Shown here: piece by piece, positions 26,058 through 36,200 of the stretch
How the letters are laid out: each line of letters begins with the position of its first letter
Numbering within the stretch: position 1 is the first letter of the stretch
From: a virus
DNA length: 64,000 nucleotides
IMG/VR virus record: IMGVR_UViG_3300025701_000006
Coordinates: 1 to 64,000 of that record
Direction: 5' to 3' (one strand)
Program-made: the position numbers and the translations under genes
Notes under the pieces: generated by a model
What the model was told of the DNA's origin: nothing
Database searches by the model: none
The model's input: only the letters and a program-made list of their open reading frames with translations

Positions 26058-29000
26058 GTTTATAAGTGGGGGCATAGCTACAGTTGTTATTATATCAACA
26101 GGTGTGTATATTGGTGTTAATCCAAACACACCGTACTCATCCCCCGCTTTAATTAGCAAAGATTGATCTTGAATCATTTCTAGATCTAACCCAATACCTG
26201 CTCCGGCTAGCGTTATGGCAGTCCTGACGGCATGCTGACTACCTGCCTGAGTAATTACATGCTGTATACGTTTTACGTATTTAGTAAACATCAACACACC
26301 AATCCTATTTAAATACTCCTCGCCTCTGCTGTTAGGTAAGTTATAATTAACAAAAGAGTTTAAAAGTTGCGTGTGTCTGCTTGTTTTAGCTGTAGCCAAA
26401 AATTGCTCTCTTTCTGCTTTACCTAGTACCCTTCTTCTATCTGCTTTACCCATCCTATTTATCTGCTTTCTATATGCTAAAGGCAGGTCTCTTTTCCCAT
26501 CCGCTTGTTGTTCTTCAATTATTTTTTGCTTTCTATTCATTACATCTCTAGCAATTAAATCAGACATTTGTAACACTTCTTGATTTACTTTATACCATGC
26601 AGTCTCTTTACTTAAGTAAAGCCACTGTAAAGGAGTTTTAATTAAAGAAGGCACCTTACCTAACAACTTGTCCATTCCATCGCTAATCTTATTAGTATCA
26701 CCCAGCTTATACATATTTACATCTTCTATTACAGCTTGGTACATTCCTAAATCAAACAACTCTTTAATATCACTTTCTGACATTTCTTTTTCTATACGTT
26801 TAATTTCATTACGTAGGCGAGTAGCCTTATCGTTATAGTCACTAATTTCTTCATTATTTTTAAATCTAGTAGTGCTGTACTCTGCCACCAAAGCGTTTAG
26901 TTCTACCTTTTTAGCTTCTACTTGTTTTTGTTTTTTCATAAATTTACGAACGTCTTTAAAGCTATTAGCATAAGCTCCAACAATTTCTGTTAAACCCATT
27001 CCTGTATTTAAGGCATACAAAACATTAGAAATTATGTTTACTATTAGTATCACAGGCATCTTAAGAAGTATGTTACCTTTAGCTACCTTAACAAGATCTA
27101 CAAAGTAAGCTTCAAAAATATTTATAATACGTTTAATAGTACTAGGTAACTTGTTTACTCCATAAGCATCTGTAAATCTGGCATGCGAGTAGCCAAAATA
27201 TTGGTCCATCAACATACTAGGGATAGGTAAGCTTTTATCTTCCCTGCTGTTAATAAACCTTTGAAAGGAACTAGGTAGCTGATTAAACAGTTTACGCATT
27301 TCTGGATCTGAAGATTCCGCACTTATTAGGCTATACTCCATTAAGTTATTTTTGCTGTTAGGATTATCGTAAACATCTCGTAGGTTTTGTTTAATAAGCT
27401 TTAACGCATTGTCATTTTGTTTTTCTCTAGCAACTTTGTCTATTAATGTACCTGAAGTCTTTGAAAGTACATCGACTATACTTTTATTTTGCTTTAAAAA
27501 CTTATTTTTATCTTGTTTGTTCATCATGTTTCGGTAATCTACTACATTACCTAGGGCGTCTAAAACAGGTACAGATCCTTTTGGTATATCTTTAAAAGAC
27601 TTACCGTTATAAAGTTCTTCATTTATGCGTATTGCTTTAGCATTTAACTGGTTTCTATCAGCTTCAAACCACGCTTGTGCATGTTTTTTAGAATCTTGAA
27701 ATTGTGCATACCTTGCTTCTCTTAGAGTCATACCACGACTACCAGGATTTCCTAGACCTACAACACCACTTTGTCTTTCAGGCCTGCTATAGGTATCACT
27801 AATGTAAAACCCTATAGGTTCTGCACCTGATATATCGTTACCATCAAACACTGATGCTAGCTTAAATCCTTGCTTTTCAAGCTCTTCTTGCTCTGATACT
27901 AAAGCGTATTTAGTCTCTATGCCATCATCAAACAACTGCTTTATGTAGCCTTCTATCATGTGCGATGAATCATTTTTAAACAGTGCCTTTTCTGAGCCTT
28001 GTTTAAACGCTTCATATAGATTAACTACAGTCCTTACACCAGATTCTTCATTATTAATAAGGTCTACTACTAGTTGCTTGCTAAGGCCTTTTTGTTCTTC
28101 TAAAGCACTTAAAGAAGCCATTTCTTCTATTAACGCTTCTAATTCTTTATTTGTAGGTAAAATGTCGCTAGTCAAATATCCTTTTGCTATATTTCTACTA
28201 CTAGTATTTTGTGCTTCATGTCCTTCACCCGTGACCATAAACTCGCCTAATCCTTTAGCTTGTGCTACTAGCCAATTACCTCTTTTAGGATCTAGTTTTT
28301 TTATTCTTTTCTCTAGACGGTTTATTGCTTTAACTCTATACGCATGATCACCTATTAGTTTACTTACCTGATCAGTTGAATAACCCTTACCGTAGTTTTT
28401 GTTTTTATCAAACAGACTACTGGCATTTGACTCTAATAGTATTTCTGTTAAAGCTATCTTTTGAGGGTCGTTAAGCTCCTTACTAAACGCGTTTGTTATA
28501 GCTGTAGCTACGTTACCTACATGAGTGTTTCTGTATAAATCAATGTTATTAGTTTTTAAACCTAGGAGTTCTACAGGTCCTGATATCTCTTCTGTTACTT
28601 TAGGAAGAATACTTCTAACAATTTCTCTTATAGAGTTATCTGGCTTAATACCGTAACCAGTAAAAAAAGCTCCTGCAGCATCTCGGTAGTAGTTGTTGTA
28701 TATAGCCTTAGCAAAAAACTTACTAAAGAAAAGAACCTTCTGTATATGGTTCATATTTTGCGGTATTTCTACTTTATTTTCTGTATCAAATACTTTTGAT
28801 GCTGCACCATCTAGGAACTCTTCAATTCTGCCGTCTGTACGGTCTATTAAATCGCTTACTTGTGTAAGTAAGTTAGGATTGTCAGTCAGTTCTTTATCTG
28901 CAGTATTGTTTATTTCCGCTAACTTAAACGCTAAAGTATGTACTTCTTTTCTAAGGCTTTCGTTTTTGTTTTTAAAAGTATAGTTACCCATAACTGCATT

Positions 29001-30266
29001 TATTACGTCTGAAAAGAATGTTTTAATGGCCTCAAACATACCTGTTTTTGTTTTATCTTTTAGTTTTACCCCTTCAAGTAGCCCCATAAACCCGGGATTA
29101 GTTAAAGAGTACGCTATAAACTCATCATTAGACGTTTCGCTATTAAATATGTAATCGTATCTGTCTTTAGCTTCCTTTGACGTTAGAGCAGGCTCTGCAC
29201 GTTTTATGTCTTGCCATGTGATGTTTTTACGTGCCTGTGCCATCAAAAAGTTAAGGCGCTCTTTTAACGACGTAGCCTCTCTGCCTTCACTTCTAAGAGC
29301 CCAAGCTGTCATTGTATGTACAGTTTCATGCATATACACTTCAGCGTTGCTCATATTAGAGCTAGTGAGTTTACTGGTGTTTAACAACATATGCTCTTTG
29401 TCTATATCAACCCATCCAGCAGCATGTTCTTGATTTTCATTAATAAAAATATTCATTCTTCTAAAGAAATGCTCATGCATGTTATCTAGTAAGCTGTTAT
29501 ACCAATAATACATCTTGTCAGTAGTAGGTTTACCTCCTATAGCGTGTAGATCTGCTAGCATATTCTTCATATCTTCTACACTACCATGTACGTAATTTTT
29601 CTTTAGGCTGCTTTTTTCATACCTAAAAGTTCCCTCATCAAACTGCTCGCTCGATTTTAAGATGTCCTCTGCACTAGCATCACTTTCTACAATTTTTCTC
29701 ATACTAGCTAAATGACTGTTGGCACTCGTAGCTAGCTCTTCTCTACGCAGCTCTCTACTGACCCCTGAAGTAGTGCTGGCTATAACGGACCCAATACTTT
29801 TAAACTGAGGTATATACATTTTTATTTGACGTTCTTTAGATGCCCTAGATTCGTTTCTATCTAAATCAAAAGTATAAGTCTGTATATTTTCTTTACCTTT
29901 CCTAGTAACTTTAAGTTCTATTACTTCTATATTATTGGCATCTTTAGTTACTAAAGCGGACTTAACTACGTAATCAGCTCTTTCAGTACCTTCAGTAGGG
30001 CGTTTGCTTACAGCAGCCTTAAACACTTGCCCTAGCTGTTGCTTAGCTAGAACAGTACTTACGTCGTTAGTAAGCTCTGCTCGTGCAAACTCGTCTAACG
30101 CTGTAAAATCTTTTTCATTTAACAATTTAAGGGCTTTTTTATTTCTAGCTATAGACTCAGATAGTACTTCACCTTCTTTAGTGACTAGCATAGTTTTTTC
30201 TAGCTTTTCAGCTCTTGTTATACTAGCCTTAAAGGCTTTTTCTACTGTATTTATATCACAAACCAT
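26028..30266 (-). CDS. virion ejection protein equivalent to the C-terminal domain of N4 vRNAP, with a zincin-like motif
   Basis: HETVH...DEFIAYSLTNP, FVNYNLP...YLNRIGVLMFTKY; 1412 aa; TAATG-coupled to the polymerase gene. Confidence 0.75.
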   Translation of the reverse strand: MVCDINTVEKAFKASITRAEKLEKTMLVTKEGEVLSESIARNKKALKLLNEKDFTALDEFARAELTNDVSTVLAKQQLGQVFKAAVSKRPTEGTERADYVVKSALVTKDANNIEVIELKVTRKGKENIQTYTFDLDRNESRASKERQIKMYIPQFKSIGSVIASTTSGVSRELRREELATSANSHLASMRKIVESDASAEDILKSSEQFDEGTFRYEKSSLKKNYVHGSVEDMKNMLADLHAIGGKPTTDKMYYWYNSLLDNMHEHFFRRMNIFINENQEHAAGWVDIDKEHMLLNTSKLTSSNMSNAEVYMHETVHTMTAWALRSEGREATSLKERLNFLMAQARKNITWQDIKRAEPALTSKEAKDRYDYIFNSETSNDEFIAYSLTNPGFMGLLEGVKLKDKTKTGMFEAIKTFFSDVINAVMGNYTFKNKNESLRKEVHTLAFKLAEINNTADKELTDNPNLLTQVSDLIDRTDGRIEEFLDGAASKVFDTENKVEIPQNMNHIQKVLFFSKFFAKAIYNNYYRDAAGAFFTGYGIKPDNSIREIVRSILPKVTEEISGPVELLGLKTNNIDLYRNTHVGNVATAITNAFSKELNDPQKIALTEILLESNASSLFDKNKNYGKGYSTDQVSKLIGDHAYRVKAINRLEKRIKKLDPKRGNWLVAQAKGLGEFMVTGEGHEAQNTSSRNIAKGYLTSDILPTNKELEALIEEMASLSALEEQKGLSKQLVVDLINNEESGVRTVVNLYEAFKQGSEKALFKNDSSHMIEGYIKQLFDDGIETKYALVSEQEELEKQGFKLASVFDGNDISGAEPIGFYISDTYSRPERQSGVVGLGNPGSRGMTLREARYAQFQDSKKHAQAWFEADRNQLNAKAIRINEELYNGKSFKDIPKGSVPVLDALGNVVDYRNMMNKQDKNKFLKQNKSIVDVLSKTSGTLIDKVAREKQNDNALKLIKQNLRDVYDNPNSKNNLMEYSLISAESSDPEMRKLFNQLPSSFQRFINSREDKSLPIPSMLMDQYFGYSHARFTDAYGVNKLPSTIKRIINIFEAYFVDLVKVAKGNILLKMPVILIVNIISNVLYALNTGMGLTEIVGAYANSFKDVRKFMKKQKQVEAKKVELNALVAEYSTTRFKNNEEISDYNDKATRLRNEIKRIEKEMSESDIKELFDLGMYQAVIEDVNMYKLGDTNKISDGMDKLLGKVPSLIKTPLQWLYLSKETAWYKVNQEVLQMSDLIARDVMNRKQKIIEEQQADGKRDLPLAYRKQINRMGKADRRRVLGKAEREQFLATAKTSRHTQLLNSFVNYNLPNSRGEEYLNRIGVLMFTKYVKRIQHVITQAGSQHAVRTAITLAGAGIGLDLEMIQDQSLLIKAGDEYGVFGLTPIYTPVDIITTVAMPPLINLGMDVFGTK

Positions 30267-33200
30267 TATTTACACCCTTCAATTTTTTCTAATGCACTAA
30301 CTAGGCTATCTACGTCCGAGACACTAGATAACTCATCTACAATCTTACTCTGTACTGATGATTTTACCATAGATAACCCATCAATTACTTTATTAATAGC
30401 TTCAACTACTGTTTTATTTGTTATTTTTGTTTTTCTATTGTTGTAGTATGCTATTAACTTATCAGCTTTTTCAGGGTTTTGAATAATATCCTCTATAACA
30501 TTATCTGCGTTTACATTATCTACACCTAAACGTTTATTTAGTTCTTTAAGCAGGGCCCTAGGAGCGGCCTCAAACACTTTTTTTAGTTCTGCAGCTTTTT
30601 CTGCAGACCTATCTACAGGTACGTCTAATTTAACGGCTTTGTACATATTCTTAAGCGCGTTTTTGTAGCTAAGATCAGCAGAAGTCATACCTTTTTGGTA
30701 CACCGCTCCAGGTGTTCCAACTAGATTTCCGTAGTAAGCACCTTCCATTAAACCATTTTCCCCATACCATAATTCCCTAGCTTTTTTAATGCCGGAAATT
30801 TCGGTTTTTAGGTTGCCTAATACACTTTTAGCCAAAGCAGGAAATGCTTCTTTAACCTTAGGGTCTGCGGCTTTTAGTCCTAATGCTGTAACTTTTTCAA
30901 AATCTTTACTAAAGGTCGTACTACTTATTGTTTTTTCTAACCTATTTGCAAACTCCTGCAGCGCCTCTGCTAGTACATAGTTTTTCTTGCTGTTAATATC
31001 GCTAGGGTTACCTTCAGAGTTAATGGTTTCCATACCTTTTTGGTAAGCAAACCCTGCGTTGTCAGACTGGTTTAAAGGAGCAATTATTGCATCGTGTATT
31101 AAAGTTAAAGCACGTAACTGCAAATCGTTCATCATTAAGCTTATCTCAGCGCCATCAATAGCATGAAACGGTAATACAGAACCAGAACTTATTGCTTCTT
31201 CTAGGTACCTAACTAAAGGCGTTACAGTCCTAGTTTTAGTATTTTTGCCTTCTCCAAGCATAGTCTGTGGTTTTTTACGGCTTAGCTCAATCTCATTAGG
31301 AGATCTAGTGGACGTAGTGACTACAGCTATGACTGCTTTTTTCTCTTTAGCACCGGTAAGCGGGCCTACAAGGTATGGAAAGTCGTCCCATAACTCTTCT
31401 AGTACTTTTGCATGATCTTCTAAAGTAACTACGTTATTAGGGTTTCTTTTTTGAATATCCTTAAGCTTGTCTACACGTTTTTTATCAAAAATACGAAATG
31501 CTACTTTAAACCCATCGTTAATAGCGTTTTGTACTTTAATAAAAGGCTTAAAGTTTGTTTCAAAAACAGTTTTTACGGCTTCTCCGTATGTAGCACTTAC
31601 AGTAAACTCTAACAGCTGCTCTAAATTTCTAGCAGTATTAGTGCCTTTACGTGTTTGCGAAATAACCAATGGTACTTTAAGTTTAATATCTTTTAGTCTA
31701 AAGTCTTTTAGGGCTTGCTGGAGCTCTAATATATTTTTTATCTTTTTATCGCTTTTTGGGTATAAAAACTCTCCTCCTGCTGCCAGTAACTTTTCCGCTG
31801 TTTCTTTTGCAGTTAAGTCATTTTCAAAATCACTAGTCGCAATACCTTTTGCTATATCTTTAGCAACAGAAATACTTAAGTTTTTGACTATTCTTCCTAC
31901 GCTAGCACTGTAGTTGAATATCATAAACGGGTCTTTAAATAACGCACGTAATTTTTTGTCTATACTACTAGCAACACCTGAAGATCCAATAGTTTCACCT
32001 CCAGGGAGTAACTGTTTAATAGCTTCAAAGACTTTACTTCCAGACCTGCCTTCACCTCTTGATACCGTCAAAGAAGTACTGCCCGACGTTACTTCTTCAT
32101 TAACTAGGGTGATAGTGTCCGTAGCCATATTCTCATATGAATCTAAAAATCCTATCTCTCCTTTTTTTCCTGCAGCTAAAATATCCGCTGCAGACATACC
32201 TTGTGAAGGGTCAAATGGAATACCATCCCCTTTAAAACTAGACTGCAGTAGTACATCTTGATACGATTTAGTAATAATACCTACTCGGGCAAAATGAGAA
32301 TGCATATCATCAAGTATAGGCATCTGTTGTATTTTATTGGCAAAACCACTAGTTAATGAGTCAAACTCTAACGACAGTGCAGAAGTAACTTTACCATTAC
32401 CAGTAAGGGCATCTTGTACTTTTTCTAAAAAATCTAGTGCTTGTAATGCGTGGGAAAGATGTTCCGCTTCAAGTTCATACTCAATACCTTTCATATCAGC
32501 AGGATCTGCATCACTGCTACTGTCTGTATTAGCGTCACCAGTAACTTCGGTATTTAAGGTTTCAATTGTAAACTTGCCTGTAGACATAATAGACTTTTTA
32601 GCTTCTGCTATTTCTGCTTTATTCATACTAAGCACAGCATTACCATAGTCTATAATATCTTTAACATCCATCTTATCTACGCCCTTACCTAGGGCTTGTC
32701 CTAGAGCTAATCTCACAGTAAAGCTTTGATCTGCGTCCAAGGGGTCACTTACACCTTCTACGTTAAACTCTAAACCACCTTCTGTATTTGTATTTACATC
32801 ATAAGTAAGTCTATGCAGTTTAGGTACGATAAAAAATCTATGCAGTTTATCTGTTTGAGGTTGTGTAGTATTTGAATCTAGCATAAACCTATTGTTACTT
32901 GCATAAAAGTAAGGATAGTGCATAGATGGATCTAAGTTACCTACTCTATCCATTTTTTCTCTAAGTAATCTAAGCTCATCAATGCTTTTTTCTATGTCTC
33001 TATTTTTAGCTTCTTGTACTTCTTTCTCATCGTAAAACAGGCTATCAAATTTATCACTTGTTAAATCAATAAAGCCTAGTAACGTTTTGATGTTGCTTTC
33101 ATCTGCATCTACTGCTTCTAAGAACTCGTCAACAAGGTTAACATCGATACCATACTCGGTTTCCATAGCAAGCTTCATAGTCTCTTTAGCTTCCTCAGGA

Positions 33201-36200
33201 ACAGTTATACCTGCTATATCGTTACGAACCTCACTAACAGCTTTGTTGATACGATCTTTTGTAAGAGGAGAAAAAGAAGGCTCTTTACGCTCTGTAGTAG
33301 CCTCAGGAAACCCTTTTACTGCTCCTTCGTACTTTTCTACAAAAGCAGTTACTTCTTCTGTAAGAGCGTTATTAGTAAAGTTACCCTGACGTACCGGTCT
33401 ATCTTTCAGATGAATAAAGAAAGTTTTAGTTTCAATTTCTCTAACTTCTCCATCTTTAAATAACCTAGCTATGTCATTTGAACTAGGGCTAGTACTGTCC
33501 AATATTCCTTGTTCTTGTGCTATTAATACTGCCATGTTGCCAAGGTCAGCAAGTAATGCCTCGTACTCTGCTGAAGATGTAGTGCTGTTTTTCTTTTTAG
33601 ACAGACCAAGTTGCTTTAAGGTAGCTTTGCCCAAAGAGTTAGCTACAGTTTTAAGAAGTGCTCCGTTATCCCTAGCAAAATCACGCATTTCTTTAGTTAC
33701 TTCATGTGGCTGGAGGCCTAGCATGGTAGCTATATCTTCGTCAGACTTATAACCTCTAGACACCTTTGCTTTATCATTAGCAGCCATTTCGCCTATAGCT
33801 AGGTACATAGCAGCTAAAACTTCTTTGTTAGGTTTGCCTTTGTTGTTAAACACTAAACCTCTAGCAGGGGAGTTATGCAAAAACAAGTTACCAGGTAAGA
33901 ATTTACCATTTACTCTTATATCAGTTTGGTCTGATAGCTCTGCTTCACTAACTTTTGCTAAACTTTTATCTGCTGCAGTTACAAATTTATTTGCTGCTGT
34001 TTTTATGGCGTAAGGTAAGTTATCAAAAGATAGAGAATTAAGCACAGTAGTTTTGTCTGCTTTTACAAGCTTACCTGCATCCTGAACTACTTTTCTTGTA
34101 CCTAAGAATATATGTTCATTACCGTAGAATATAGTACCTCTACCTTTATTAGCGGCTTCATATCCTTCTATTGCTTTATCAGACAAAGGATCCCTAGATA
34201 GTTTTACTACAACTTCACCAGTCTTGGATTTTAAAAATAGTATCTCATACAGATCTTTTTTGTTTTTAGAAAAGGACTTCTCACCTAGTATACTGTTAAT
34301 AACCGATTTACTTGTATTGCCTATACTTTCTAATAACCTACTAACAGCTTTTTCTTTTTTATCAAAAGAAAGGTCTTGATCTATTATACCTTGCCAATCT
34401 TTTAAAGCTTGCTTACCTGCTTTTCCTTTTTCCTCTTGAGCTTCAATGTACTTGGTTACACCGGCCTCTAGCGCTTTATCTTTAAATGCGATTGGGTCTG
34501 GATCTGTAGCTCCAAGAACTGCTTCTGCTTCATTTTTTACATCGTCTATAAAACGACGTTCTAAAAAAGATGTTAGCCTATCACTTTTACTACTAAAGCT
34601 GTTGTCTTTTACTGTATCGAATAAAGTAGAATACTCTTTTTTAGCAGCAGCTTTGGCTTCATCAGTAAGGGCTTCGCCTGTAACAGAGTCGATAGATGTC
34701 TCTATAGATCTATAAAGAGTCACCAATGCCTCTTTGTTATCCTCACGAAACTGCGCAGCAGTATTGCTTTTCTCTAGTTTTTCTTTGTAATTACGTAAAG
34801 CTTTTTTATTATCCGCAGTTTCTTTAATTAAGATATGGCGAGACTTATCTTTTAGAATAGCGTAACCTTTATCCTTTATTTTTTTAAGCAACGCTTCTTT
34901 ACCTAGTGCTACTTCTTTGGTAAGTTTTCCTTGAACTAGGTCAGAGTCTAGTACAATAGTTGCTCCTGCTTCCATAGCAGCCACTAAGGAAGCTTCACCT
35001 TCTACACCTAAGTCAGGAACTTTAAAACCTTTTTTAATACTTTTAGTACCTACACTATTTATAAGTACTACGTCATCAGCAGAAAACTCTTCATTATTTA
35101 TTAAAAAACTATTAGATTTATAATAGTCACCTTTAAGAGCCCATTTAGCTGTAGTATCTTTTCCTAATATTACTTTGTTTACTTCAGATACTTTTTTGTT
35201 TAGGTCATTAAGAACTTTACTAACGCTACTTAAGTAACTGGTGTCTGCTTTACGTGCAGTTTTACTGCGTCCTTCTTTTACAGGTATAGTAATACTTCCA
35301 GACATAACAGAAATATCATCAGTTTTAAAACTAGCATTGCTGCTGATAGTCTGCATTTCTCTTTTTATATCTTTTAAGTATACAGATTTCCTAGCTATTA
35401 AATCTTTAGCACCCTTAATGTTAGGTACCATTTTACCGTTTTTAAACTCGACAGTAATTAGATAAGGGTCATCATACTTTTTAGTCTTATTATTGTACTT
35501 GTTGTACTCAGTTTTGACATATTGGGTTTTTTTAGACGTTAACGGTTTTTTATTTAAATCTGCTGCTACCCTTTTAGCTTCTTCTATACCTCTATTTAAA
35601 GATGTAACTGAAGCGCTAACAGAACTATTAATCCTAGATAAAGCTACCATTTCACTGTTTATAGCTTTTTTGTTGGGATTAGAGCTTTCTAGTAGCCCTT
35701 TAAGCCTAGATATCCTAGCTGCGTAGCCAGTACTTCCTTTAGTAGCTTCATCTTCGACCGTAGTATAACTTTTTACTAAACTGTCATAACGCTCTACACT
35801 TACATTGTTACGGGTAGCGAAGCTTTTCATTGTAGTAGTAAATGCTTCATCGTAAGACCTGCCACTACCTAGTAGTGTATTAACTATGCGCTCCGCGTCT
35901 ACACTACGAGTGTAATCTGTGTATTCCTTTTGCTCTTCATCAAGGTTAGGAGCTGACCCTAATACATTTCCACTTGTAGTAGTGCTATTTTCTACCGCAG
36001 TAAAATTCTCTATACTATTATTTCTAACAAAATCTTGAATAACATCATAAGTCTCTTCTAATGTCTGACTTGTTTTTCCGGTAAGTGCAGACTCTAAAGC
36101 AACTAATTCAGGAGCAACCGAATTTGGCTCTATAGAACTATTGCTGTAACTTCCTGATTTAAACGTTGATACTATGCTATCAAAAGCTTTTTCTGCGGTA

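Noticed and set aside
30255-30295. Programmed -1 frameshift fusing the two vRNAP genes
   Set aside because: The downstream frame has TGA and TAA stops within five codons of its ATG and there is no X XXY YYZ heptamer. TAATG coupling is used repeatedly in this genome.
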